Shown: one piece after another, positions 1 to 11,812 of the stretch
Layout of the letters: each line of letters opens with the position of its first letter
Numbering within the stretch: position 1 is the first letter of the stretch
Position numbers and translations under genes: made by a program
Notes under the pieces: generated by a model
What the model saw: only the letters and a program-made list of their open reading frames with translations
Database searches by the model: none
What the model was told of the DNA's origin: nothing
Assembly: GCA_002189035.1 (NCBI GenBank)
Contig: NEEC01000013.1
Location: forward strand, 2,480,001 to 2,544,000
Source of the DNA: Utricularia gibba
Lineage: Eukaryota; Plantae; Magnoliophyta
DNA: 64,000 nt
Direction of reading: 5' to 3'

Positions 1-2017
1 ACATCTTCAGGAACCTTCTGATAAATGGGGGTAGCGGACCATACAAAGAAACCACCAGGTCTTAGTAGACGATTCAACTCCAGAAGTAGTTTTCCACCTA
101 AATCAATACCATTTAGTTAGTTAATCAGCAGCCTCATGCCTTTAAGGTGGGGAGGACAAATCATGAAATAAAAAATTTCACTCATATTTTATATGATGCA
201 AGATAATATCTTGTTCAAAGATGGGAGAAGAACAAGGCCATGATTCACAGTAACTCCACCATTAATGTGATGTTACCTTCGATATGCCAAGGCACTCTGC
301 AGCGTGCACAGTGGACCACATCGAACACTCTACCCGGAAAAGGAAGCCTCAGTGTACCCATGACAGCTGATATTGCAGGAATTCCCCTCTCAAGTGCAAA
401 CTGAACCTGAGCTTCATGCTCGTCTTTTGGAGCTAAAGACATTGTAAGCACATCCCTATCAAATAGGAACCCCCCAAAGCTAGCCACCCCACAACCAACA
501 TCCAGTACAACTCGGGATCGCTTGCCCCAGGAAATTTCAGATACAGACTACACAAATAGAATTCAACTTTAGTTTCAAAGATTCAAAAACTCGATATAGC
601 ACATTGTCAAGGAACATTCCATAAAATGGTATCCCTCGGTGAGGAGAATTAGATCTGATCACCATTTTTTAAGCAAGGCATGCATATTTTACCTGTTGTA
701 TGACATCAATGTAATGCAATGCGCCATGAATAAATTGGGTTCCACCGCCAGGAAAGGTGAGGTGTTCTCCACTAACTTTGAGCCAATTCTGGTGACCCTT
801 AAATTCAACAAGCTGGGTATGGGGAACATTGCGGTACCATATCTGTGAGCATGAAACAAGTTGATGAACATGAAATTATCAAAGAAAAAAAATGAATTTA
901 ATACCACATATTCTGGATCCAAGTAGTATACCTTCTCCCTGCTTGTAGGCCATGGTATTGACTGCTGATATCCTTCCGGAAGAGGAACAAGGCAGGTAGG
1001 AGGATTTTCAGGACAATGCCTCTCCCTGTGTTCATAGTGCTTAGTTGATCGAAGCTTTCTGATGGCCTGCACGTTGTCGAGGCATGGAATATAATCTGTT
1101 CCAGCGGTCGTATTGCATAGCCTCCAAGTATAACTGCTTTGCTTTTCAAGCTCAGCTGACTTTTGGGCTTCATTTTCATTTTTTGATTCAGCAGACTGCG
1201 TAGAGAATGATCCATTTTGTGCTTTGGCTTCATCTGCAAGCTCAGAGCCAACCCCAGACGGAAATACTTCAGTCAGATTGTCACTCTTCTGAACCAAACC
1301 TTGATCTAATTCTGCATCTGAAGGAATTACTTCAGTGGAATTGTCACTCTTCGGAACCAAATCTTGATCTGATTTTGAATCTTCACTACTCTCGATTTTC
1401 TTTTCCATTTTCCCCTCCTCCTCACCATCCATATTCTTGTCTTTGCCTTTTCCAGGTTCCGTGGTTTTAGTCTCCACTTGAAATTCCCCATCGCTCGCAT
1501 TTATGTCTGCCGTTTTAGGCTCATCTTTAGCGCTATCCTCCTTATCTTCGTTAATTTTCTGTACATCCTCATGCCCTGATTCCTTCTCCAAAGACATCTC
1601 TTGCGGCCCCTCATTCTTTTCCTCCTGCTTTGGACTTACATTATCATCCTTGTTGGTTATATTTTCTGGCAAATCTCCAGAATTTTCATCAAACTTCTTT
1701 GCTTCCTCACCATCCAAATTTATACTTTTACTAGCATCATCAGGGGCTCTAGTATTTTCTGTCTCACTGACCTCATTTGCATTATTGTCACCAAAAGTAT
1801 TGGTGTCTTCTACAGTATCTTCGCTGCGACTGGTAGCAGGAATCTTCACATTATCCTTGTTCTCAGCATCCAAATTCTGAACAGGGGTCAAAGGTGACGA
1901 TGCCAACAGCCATACCCCAAGAAGGCAGATGGCTATGAAAATAGTTGCGGTGAGCGTTGAACAATAGCTGGTGGAAGATTTTCGACCATCAACTCTGGAG
2001 TATTTTCCAGGAGCCAT
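1..2017 (-). CDS. Probable SAM-dependent (pectin) methyltransferase, PMT24/25/26-like (DUF248 family); 3' end runs off the window
   Basis: Exons about 2017-932, 842-693, 547-277 and 97-<1, with GT-AG ends. N-terminus [15 protein letters not shown], then a TM anchor and acidic stem. Motifs [80 protein letters not shown]. Confidence 0.93.
1261..1370 (-). repeat. In-frame 63-nt (21-aa) tandem duplication in the PMT stem
   Basis: tacttcagt..attgtcactctt..gaaccaaa..ttgatct occurs at 1265 and 1328. Protein copies: [21 protein letters not shown] and [21 protein letters not shown]. Confidence 0.85.
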
Positions 2018-3830
2018 GGTGCTTCTCCCCTATGCTTCAACCAGATCTATTGATAAACAAACCTATATAAAGACGAAAATCATCTGAATCAGGAAACAAA
2101 AAATGTGAAGCAAAAGCAACCGTCAAGAGATCAATAAAGAAAACGAAAAGATAACCATTGTTCTACCAGATGCACAGCACGTAAAACTATCAAAAATGGG
2201 GAAAACATTTAGTTCAAAACATCCGATGCAAAGCAAACAAAACTTCCAAAATGAGATCCACCCGCCTAAAATCAAATCTATAAGCAGTTGATCAGCTTCC
2301 TACCGACCAAACGACATTCCCTCATCATTTCCTGTAGGAGATTCAACTTCATGAAGCTAGATCCGACACACATTGCAGATAGGAAAGGCATCACATTACC
2401 ATGACCCAGAAACAAACCCATCACACAAAAACCAAAAAAGAAGAAAAAAACAAGACGTTTAAGCGACACCCATATCCCAAGAAAGCGGGATTTTCGCACA
2501 CCTTTCCAATCCTCAAGGATCTGATACGCACACCCACGAATGGCTCATCTGTATCCCTCGCCTTGCCTTGTAGATGAGCGTGAGACAGCACGTTGAACTA
2601 ACAAAGAAACGACAATCTTCCGACGTTGTAGATTCCTTTTATTTCTATATAATTTTTGCCAATCCATTTCATTTCTTGTTGCCGAGTAATTAATTGACGC
2701 ATTGTAGAGGCGCAGATCTGTGACGCTAATAGCAAGTTGACCAATATATTCCTGGACCCCGCTACGCTATAGTGTGGGGACCACCTGTAATAAAGAATAA
2801 ATTTTGCCTTTATTTTATTGTTGATTATCCAATTTTTAATACATAATCCATCTGACCAAAAAATTATTAAATTATGATTTAATTGTGGGATCTCCAATTT
2901 AATTCTCCAAAACTATTCTTTAATCATCATTTTTTTTATTATCATTCTCAAATTCAAATTCAATTAATTTTCATTAGATGGATACTAGACATTGTAATAA
3001 TCTATAATATTATTTATTTCAAATATTCAAATAATCATTTTTTTATTATCTACAATAAATGTGAAATATTATTATTATACCATTTATAAAGCCTAAGTCC
3101 AATAAGAAACACATTAGACTGCAGTTGACTTAATCCCAACATTTTTTTATTATAAAAAAAATCTGAAATATGAAGTTCCAGAATTTTTGTGAGATTTAAA
3201 ACAGTGCATTGAGCACAAGTCTGACTTGATTGAATGATATGTTAAGAACAAACGATAGATGGGTTTGTGTTGGGAACCTAAAGTCGTCCAACTGGAACTC
3301 TTATGGCCGTCCTTCCCTGTTCCATGGTAAAACCAGCAAAGTGCTCTGGTTTCTTCTGGATGGAGGACCGTGCATTCATGAATGCGCCAACGCTAAAGGT
3401 TCAACCCATTCCTGCAAGCCAATAAATGCTACAGAAGATCAACAACATAAATCCAGTGGCCGAAAGAAATAGGAACTATAGCTAAGAGTTTAGTCACAAG
3501 CAATCTCACAGCAAGTCTAACATTTGTTAGACCTTGAAACAGTAACATTCAAAATGGGGGTGTTTTGAATGTCATGCTACCAGTTAAAATTGAATATACC
3601 ACTACATGGTTGTGCGTAGCAGTCAAGTGTCGCCAACACCTATCTGATAGGCTACGCAAAAGAGCTGGAGGGTAACAAGCTGTGGGAACCGCAAGTTTGG
3701 ATGTTCTCATCAGGGAATGAGAACTAGCGCATGATACAACATGCTGATTACTCGCTGCCCCCAAAACAGCTTTTAGGACAAACCGAAATCTGAAGCTTAC
3801 TTGGCTAGACTGGTTGTTGGTATAAGGCTA

Positions 3831-5269
3831 TCAAGGAAGGATCCTGCGCCGCCTACGAGGGGTCTCTCTTTTCAGGAACATCTTTTCTTGATCGTTGAGT
3901 GGTCTGGACGAACCATCGGCTTCACTGACAAACTTGAAGCCACCACCATTTCCACGCTTGCCCTTTGTGCCAAGCTTCTCCACTGTGAAATTCCAGCCAT
4001 TGGAGGGACGCCTCCTGCTGTACTTGTGGCTTTTTACCTCACCGGCCATCTGCACGGAAACATATACACATGGCATCAGATTACATTAAAAGTAAGGCTT
4101 CATTAAAGAGTACTGCAGCAACAGAGGGTACCATCATTTTACTGAAATTCATCCTCTGAACAAACTCCTGGTACATCATTTCATCCTCCTTCATCGAGAT
4201 TTCGTAGTGCACCTCATCAGGATCACGGGTGGTTCCATCCCAGCCTTCAGGCATGACTTTGAAATCTGGTTTGTATGGAAGAGTTGCGACATGGAATTCC
4301 CGGTCATGGGAAATGAAAAACCTGCATACATAAAAATGAGGGAAACTTACTAAAATGTAGCATCTGGATAAGAGTATGTTCACTAGACTAGATTCGAAAA
4401 AGAAAATTAAACATGAGAAAAGTAAAAGCAAAAGTATCTACACGATACATAACAGAAGAGGCAAAAAACACGAAATTTGTAGATCAACTAAGCTTACTCA
4501 GGACATGAATCCAGCAGCAGCTCAATGGAATCATCTAATGGACGACCCAGCTTCTTTTCCTCCTCTTCCTCAAGCTCCTTTAACCATAAAATTGCATGCA
4601 CTCGCTGCCTCATAATCCTGTACTCCTTTGCCAATCTTTCAACAGTATACACCTCGGGGTTCTCTTTGTGCTTTTTATACATCTCTGCCTTTTCTGAGTC
4701 CTTCAAATAAGATCCCCTTGCACCAGGTTCCCTCACCTTCCACACAAAATGCCATGATATGTCCATTACAAGGAATGAGAAAAATTAGTGAACTCAGAAA
4801 ATGTGAAACACCAAGATTTCACCTGCTTCATCAGAACAGTGATTTCATCCATCCTATCGTCCCATCCATCCACAAAGGCTTGGGATTTGCGGTTCTCCGC
4901 TTCCAAGTCCTTTATCCTCTGCATCTCATCGTCCGTCCACCTGGCATTGGAGTACCAATTCTGCCTCCCCTTCTCACGGGGCTTCCCTTTTTCCGAATCG
5001 GAACTCACCTTCTGCCCAATTACTTCCCCATCAAAGTGGTCCTTGGTCAGCCCAGTCGACCAAGAAGAATCCCCCACGTCCCAGCCCAAAGAATCGTCTC
5101 CTAAAGAAGCGATTCCACCGAAATGATCCATTGAATCTTCCCCCTTGCCGCTCCCATCATTTTGCGTCGAGAAGGATCTTAGGCGTGGGATGATCTGTTG
5201 GGAGACCTTTCCAAATGCAGCGGCAGAGTTGAAGCGGAGCTGTGCCAGCGGACGAAGAAGCGCTGGCAT
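3831..5269 (-). CDS. GCD1: GAMETE CELL DEFECTIVE 1-like mitochondrial protein (plant mitoribosomal mS45-like)
   Basis: Four exons (about 5269-4823, 4736-4498, 4323-4131, 4049-3831). Presequence-like MPALLRPLAQLRF..RSFST. Motifs GSYLKDSEKAEMY, YTVERLAKEYRIMRQRVHAILWL, DREFHVATLPYKPDFKVMPEGWDG and C-terminal KRETPRRRRRILP, matching my memory of AT5G62270. Confidence 0.82.
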
Positions 5270-5344
5270 TTCCCCCTGCGTATGAAGAACACACCTGCGC
5301 GGAGGGAGCGATTCAGTGGGGGAAGAAAGCAGCGAGATACGTAT

Positions 5345-5419
5345 TGGGCTAGCCCTAACACTATTGAACATATGCTGACCACAATTCAGCCACAATTACT
5401 GGGCCAGGGAAATTGGGCC
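5345..5419. promoter_or_regulatory. Three site II (TGGGCY) elements in the ~370-bp GCD1/PAXX head-to-head spacer
   Basis: tgggct 5345-5350, tgggcc 5400-5405, tgggcc 5414-5419. Confidence 0.55.
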
Positions 5420-5638
5420 ATCATAATTAAAATATTAACGAAAATTAAATTAAAAGGAAATGAAAATAGCAGAATTATTTTTTTTTCCAAAATAAAAATT
5501 AATTTGATATCAATTAATATCATTTGCTGGGATGGGTATTTCTCTGTTTAATTAAAATATATTACAATTTTTTTATTTTAATTTTTTTAAAATAAAATAT
5601 AAAAATGTATGAAGGCTTCTTAGAAAAAGCAGTCTCGG

Positions 5639-8199
5639 ATGGGTTTGGAAGGGTTGAATCCTGTATTCGGTAAAGTATTTGCAGATGCCGATCGGACGCC
5701 CGGGGAGCCGATTCCGTTTGTCTTTCAAGTTTGTGGCGGCGGCGAGGGTGATGAGCTCAGGGTCAGTGCCTCCGACTTTGTCTCCAACACGTTTCGGGCC
5801 GTTCTATCTGGGACCCAACTTGAGGACCTGGTCAGTTCTCTGTTAATATGTGCTCTTTCTCAGCTTCTTTCCTTGGATGTTTCGGCAGTATGTTGTCATG
5901 TGATGATTGGTATTTGCTTGATGGACTCTGCTGAAGGTTGCATGTTTGAAAACAGTAGGCACCTCTTGTTGCTAATCAGTTCATGTAATGATGGGCACTC
6001 AATTGTTAGGCTAGTCTTATTGGAGTTTTTTTAGGTTAAATCTGCTCTTAACGTTTAGCTCAGAATATTTTTGGGAGTAGATGTGTTTGTTCGGAATGAC
6101 TCATCCGTAGATGCCGTTTTTGGGGAATTCTTGACATGTTCACGCTGCAAGCTACTTTTGCTCTAAAAGCCTACCTGCATATAATAAGTTTAACGCATAT
6201 TCTACGCAACATGAAATCAAATGATTCATGATGATTCTTCTTATATTGATAGAGGGATGATACTGGAATCAGTGGCTCATTGTCTGATTTTTTGGCTTAT
6301 TTTGCAACATCGCTGAGTTCTGACGTAAAGCTCATTTTCGGGGATGGATTGGCATCAGAAGGTGAAGTAAGACGTTCATGCTCTCAAATCTGATTTGGCC
6401 CCCCTTGGTTTCATTATGAATAGTACAAACTGAATGTTGGGTTAGCTGGAAACTGAATGATGGTGGGTTTCCTCATCTCATTTCAAAATCTTTTTCGTTC
6501 CTATTCTTTATCCTCGTGGGAAAGGTAGTCGACTTGGTAGCTGAATGTTGTCCTTGATGCGACACGTAGAGATGCATTAGGTCAACTGAACATAGCCAAT
6601 TTTGGATGATAACTTTTTACCCTGCATTTACTCCCTTTCCGGAGCACCCTTTCCCGTGTAGGTATCATATGGATTCCGTTTCCTACTTCATTATCTTATT
6701 CAGTGTTGAATGAAATTGGAAAGGCTCTAAGGTGCTTCATTGGAACAATTTTTAGAGTGAATCAATATTAAATGCTTGAAATTACTGTTCCCTTCTAATT
6801 GTAGGCAGTTCTTGTGCAAGAATGGTTTCTCAAAAGGCAAAGGGACTGCCGAAGATTTGTATACGCCTTGAAAAACTTTTTGGCGCTGTTGCTGCTGAAG
6901 TGAATGCCATCCTTGCACTAGAGTTATACAATGAATTCAATAAGATTCAGCAATCGCTTGAAGAAGGTGTTTCTCCTTTTATGAGAATTTACACCTTTCT
7001 TTTATTCATGGTGAAAACGTTGTTGATCAGATGGCAGGGTTTTCGTGACTGAAGCTCTTTGTTCACTGGATACTATTGTGTGATGGTATTTTAGAAAGAA
7101 TACTCAGATCTAACTGAAGTATCTTTTATTAGCAGAGCAAAGAAACAAGGATCAGTTAATGAAACTTCTGGATGCTAAAGAGGTAAAGGTCACCATTTGA
7201 TGATTTGTTAGTCTTGTTTTCATGCTGAACTATGAGTTACTGAGTTGTGTACTTCCAGAGTCGGCTTTTGGAAAAAGTTAACTGACCTAGTCTCTGTATT
7301 CCTTAGCACCTTGCTTTTCTCAATAATATGCTGCCTTTCTCTGAGAAAAAACGAACGGGGTCATGCATCTAACTTCTTTATTATTCCATGTGTGAAGATG
7401 TCAATTTGTTGATTGTGGACTAACACGAGCAAAAATGTATTGGGCTGTTACTTTTCCTCTTAATGGTGCTCGTTGTAAATAACTGGCAGGAAAAGTGCTC
7501 GAGTTTAACTCAACAGTTGGCCACGCTGATGAGCCCAAGAAAGCGGCATTCTATGAATACTTCCAGCACAGGAAACTCTGATTCTTCTTCCACTATGGCT
7601 TTGCATGATTCACCAGGTATCTATAGTTCTCGAGGTATCCAGCGTCCACATCAAGCTTGACTTGACTCCGAACTTTGCTCTTTTTCTGGGTGTTCGTTTT
7701 ACATTTTAGACAGCACTATTGAGGGAGGTGCTTGGGGCTAGGAGAAATGTAAATTGTTTTGTTAGAAACAAAATGTCCCGCTAGTCCCTTTTTGTTTTTC
7801 TTTTGGCAATGGTCACTGTCCTTCCCTCTCACAAATCTGTCAACTACTTTACAGATAAGAGGGATCCTGGACACCCGAACATGAGAAGAGGAACCAACCG
7901 CGTTGCACCCACACACCGCAGGTTTCCTTTTTGCACCCAATTCTTTTATCTGTTTCATCAAGAAATTCCCATGTAAAGCCTTCCCACGAGAGGCAGAAGT
8001 ATTGGCTTTCCTTCTGAAGTATGTGTTCAAACTCCATCCTCACTGGAGCTGAGTAAAGAAGCATCCCTTTTCAGAGTAGTAGAATTTGTACTTGCAGTAT
8101 AACCCCTTGAATGGTGGTGATAGGTGAATGATGGGCAGTTGTTTTGACAGGTCTAGACCAAGGGGAGCTCTTCTGCACTACACAGAGGATGAAGAATAG
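5639..8199 (+). CDS. PAXX: Plant PAXX/XLF-family NHEJ factor (AT5G64010-like; often auto-annotated as U2 snRNP auxiliary factor-like)
   Basis: Spliced exons give MGLEGLNPVFGKV..SDFVSNTF..QLEDL | RDDTGISGSLSDFLAY..DVKLIFG | ARMVSQKAKGLPKI..LALELY | EQRNKDQ.. | EKCSS..HDSP | DKRDPGH..RVAPTHRR | SRPRGALLHYTEDEE* (TAG 8197-8199). Matches remembered AT5G64010 motifs, including the basic C-terminal tail. Confidence 0.75.
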
Positions 8200-9326
8200 A
8201 AGGTAAACCAGAATTCAGCACATGTTTCTCTTATTTCCCTCTTTCTTCGTGAATGACATCTAATTTATATAATTATTTAAAATGCTAAATGAACATGTTT
8301 TGTTTATTAGTGACAATTTAAATCCTAAAATATACTTTTTGTTTGTAATTATTATTATTTTATAAATTATAATTTTGATGATAAATATTTTATTTGTTTG
8401 AATAAAATCACATATTTCATTCTTCATCCTCCCCCATTTAAAAACTCCCAAGGGAGACGGAGGGAGAGAGCGGTAGAGGAGAAGAATGAATCGAAGGCAG
8501 GCGATGACCGTTCTCCTCCTTTGCGCGACGGTGCAGATGTCTTCCGCGGCGGTGCCGTGCAGATTGCAGAGAGCATGGCCATTCAGTACGCATAATGCGT
8601 TGATTTTGTGTGATGTAATTAGGGGCAACTCCGATCTGATCTGCCTAACGAGAATGACTTGTCGCTCACGCAACTCAGATTCCAAATTTCACACACGACG
8701 ACTTTGTACTTTGTAGGGGTAGTCGTAGTGACATGATCCCTATAAATTATTTTGCACGTAAATCAGACTTGTGGTATGATTTTGAATAGTAACCTAGAAT
8801 GTTTGAAAATCAATCATCCTATGTATAAAATTTTTGTCTTAATGTGTTAGAGATATGTTGGTATGATTAAATAACCATCCTATGTTAATATGCATGACAT
8901 CGCTTACCTTTGATCAATAAAATATTTTTTAACGGCAACTACTTTATAAAATAATACATAAATTTTAATATGTATACATATATATATATCTATAGTAAAT
9001 ATTGATATTTAGTATTATAAATCGTATATCCAAATGATATTTTTGTTTGATTTTAATTTAATTAATTATAAATCATTGAAATAATTTTTTATCCTAGAAA
9101 AGTTTTTTTTATTAGACTATGTATTATGAATAAATAATAATAATACATGCCATATTATATATGAATTTAATAATAGTAACTTCTATTAAATATATTATAA
9201 ATAATACTATTTTTCAAATCATTTATTTGTATATAAAAATACTCCTTATATTGTAGTTTGAAACATCATACATAGGAAAACGACAAGATTGCATATATTT
9301 CCCGAATCATGTATCTATTTATATAT

Positions 9327-9344
9327 CTAGAGAGAGAGAGAGAG
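9327..9344 (+). repeat. (GA)n microsatellite upstream of AZG1
   Basis: agagagagagagagag run about 50-65 bp before the ATG. Confidence 0.85.
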
Positions 9345-9394
9345 TCCACGTCACAGAATTTTGGTTGGAAGCAGGGGTGAGAGATTCCATCTCC

Positions 9395-11056
9395 ATGGAT
9401 ATCGAAGCTGCAGAGTCCACTCCCACGATCCTCGCCCGCCTCAACTCCTCCGTCGCAAAAACCTGCGTCGGAAAATACTTCAAGCTCGCCCAACGCAACT
9501 CCACTTTCACGACCGAGCTTCGTGCCGGCACCGCCACATTCCTCACTATGGCCTACATCCTCGCAGTCAACGCTTCCATCTTATCCGACTCCGGAGGCAC
9601 ATGCTCCGTTGCCGATTGCTTCCCCCTCTGCTCTGATCCCAATATCTCCGCCGATGATTGCACTGGACCTAATCTCCGTCTCATCCTCCCTGACCAGTCC
9701 TGCAAATTCGATCCCGTTAATCCCGGATACGCCCAATGCCTAGAGAGGACGCGCCGGGATTTAATCGTCGCCACCGCAGCCTCGTCCCTGATCGGCTGTT
9801 TGATCATGGGTGCTTTCGCGAATCTTCCCCTGGCCCTGGCGCCTGGAATGGGTACCAACGCCTACTTTGCTTACACCGTGGTCGGCTTCCATGGATCCGG
9901 AAGCGTGCCCTATAGAACTGCTCTGGCTGCGGTCTTCGTTGAGGGGTTGGTTTTTTTGTTTCTCTCAGTTGTGGGTTTGCGTTCGAAGCTGGCGAAATTG
10001 GTTCCCAGGTCTGTGAGGATCTCTTCATCCGCCGGAATTGGATTGTTTCTTGCCTTCATCGGATTGCAGGGGAATCAAGGTGTTGGGCTTATTGGGTACA
10101 GCTCCTCTACGCTGGTCACTCTCGGTGGTTGTCCTGCTTCTAAAAGAGTTTCTCTAGCGCCGGTGATGGCTTACGGGAACGGCACCGTGGCTTTGATTCC
10201 CGGCGGCACGGTTTCAGGGCCGATATTATGCCTGAGTGACCGCGTTATGAGCCCCACTCTGTGGCTTGGAGTTGTGGGGTTCGTGATTATCGCCTACTGC
10301 CTCGTGAAGAATGTAAAGGGCGCCATGATCTACGGCATCGTCTTCGTGACGGCAGTTTCTTGGTTCAGAAACACCCAAGTCACGGCGTTTCCACATACGC
10401 CGGCGGGTGATTCCGCCTTCGATTACTTCAAAAAAGTCGTCGACGTCCACAAAATTGAGACGACCGCCGGCGCGTTAAGCTTCCACAGGATCGGAACGGG
10501 GAGATTTTGGGAAGCTGTGGTCACGTTTCTGTATGTGGATATACTGGACACCACGGGTACTCTGTACTCAATCGCTAGATTCGCCGGATTCGTGGACGAC
10601 GCCAACGGAGAATTCGAGGGACAGTACTTCGCTTTCATGTCGGACGCGACGGCCATAGTAGCGGGATCACTACTGGGGACATCGCCAGTGACGGCGTTCA
10701 TCGAATCATCTACTGGGGTCAGAGAAGGTGGGCGGACGGGGATGACCGCTCTCACGGTGGCGATGTATTTCTTCCTGTCCCTGTTTTTCACGCCACTGCT
10801 GGCGTCGATTCCCTCGTGGGCGGTCGGTCCGCCTTTGATTCTGGTCGGAGCCCTGATGATGAAGGCCGTGATGGAGATCGATTGGACGGACATGAAGCAG
10901 GCGATTCCGGCGTTCTTGACGTTGATTCTGATGCCGTTGACTTACTCGATTGCGTACGGGTTGATTGGAGGAATTGGATGCCACATCCTCCTCAACAGCT
11001 GGGATTGGGCGGTTGCAATTCTGAGGAAGCATAAGCTCCATGGAACTCTCAACTGA
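9395..11056 (+). CDS. AZG1: Adenine/guanine (purine/cytokinin) permease AZG1, intronless
   Basis: First ATG at 9395 (the ORF-track start 9365 is TTG). Motifs [72 protein letters not shown]. Confidence 0.96.
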   Translation: MDIEAAESTPTILARLNSSVAKTCVGKYFKLAQRNSTFTTELRAGTATFLTMAYILAVNASILSDSGGTCSVADCFPLCSDPNISADDCTGPNLRLILPDQSCKFDPVNPGYAQCLERTRRDLIVATAASSLIGCLIMGAFANLPLALAPGMGTNAYFAYTVVGFHGSGSVPYRTALAAVFVEGLVFLFLSVVGLRSKLAKLVPRSVRISSSAGIGLFLAFIGLQGNQGVGLIGYSSSTLVTLGGCPASKRVSLAPVMAYGNGTVALIPGGTVSGPILCLSDRVMSPTLWLGVVGFVIIAYCLVKNVKGAMIYGIVFVTAVSWFRNTQVTAFPHTPAGDSAFDYFKKVVDVHKIETTAGALSFHRIGTGRFWEAVVTFLYVDILDTTGTLYSIARFAGFVDDANGEFEGQYFAFMSDATAIVAGSLLGTSPVTAFIESSTGVREGGRTGMTALTVAMYFFLSLFFTPLLASIPSWAVGPPLILVGALMMKAVMEIDWTDMKQAIPAFLTLILMPLTYSIAYGLIGGIGCHILLNSWDWAVAILRKHKLHGTLN

Positions 11057-11105
11057 ACAGAAGAATCCGGCAGCCGTCAACTGAACAAAAGAATCCGGCG
11101 GCCGT
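11050..11105 (+). repeat. 28-bp tandem duplication spanning the AZG1 stop codon
   Basis: caactgaacagaagaatccggcagccgt (11050-11077) and caactgaacaaaagaatccggcggccgt (11078-11105), 2 mismatches. Confidence 0.9.
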
Positions 11106-11812
11106 GTTCTTTGTAAATATTTCCAATATTTACAAAAAGGACCTTGGAATTTGAAATATTGCATTTTTTTCGATCGCAAAATGCGTGCGGAAATAAAAAA
11201 GCTTCATTTAATAGTTATCCACTTTTTCCATCAATATTTTTTTTGTTGTAAAAGGGAATATTAAAAATCATGCGAAGCCCAATGTTTTGGGTGGTTAGCA
11301 GAATCTGCCGCGCCGTCTTACTCCGTGCAACCGGAGTAGTCAACAATTCGGAGCTGCGTCTCTGCAAAAAGCGATATCCGGAACTCAGAGGTATCATCGG
11401 GTTGTAAATTGGAGTTCCGTTTTTCTTGATTTCCAGTCAATTTTTGTAACTTGCTTTCCATCTTGATAGATTAGCATTTCGGTATGCGATTCCCCGTTTC
11501 TTCTCAACATAGGAATGCTATTGCATTTATTGGTACTTGAGTTGGCAGCCAGTTTCTTACCTGTTTCTGCGTGTGTTTAACGATTTTCTTTGTTGGTCCG
11601 GATAATCTTACCAAGTGCCAGGTGGAACTGGGCGTGTTAACTTTCTCTGTTGTTGCAATTAGGTATTGTGGATATGTGTATGCGTATTTTGACTTTTGCT
11701 CTTCTGATTTTTTATGTTTCTTGATATGATATCCTTTACCTGTAGGTTCCGCCTTCAGAAAGCGGGTAACAGGGTGGAGTAATACTGGTTCTGAGATCTG
11801 AAATTGAGGAAG

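Noticed and set aside
2790-3200. AT-rich spacers (also 8740-9330, 32540-32680, 63780-64000) as possible MITEs
   Set aside because: I could not find convincing TIR or TSD pairs.
3685-3725. Minus-strand CTGATGA followed by a gaac..gttc stem (hammerhead-like)
   Set aside because: The required GAAA after stem II is absent (ccac instead).
8260-8685. 141-aa minus-strand ORF in the GC island
   Set aside because: It starts at TTG directly after an in-frame stop, has no ATG, and its tail is AT-rich low-complexity sequence.
10423-11179. Long minus-strand ORFs over AZG1 (similarly over PMT, RFC1, PGM and PUT)
   Set aside because: Antisense or alternative-frame shadows of real CDS.
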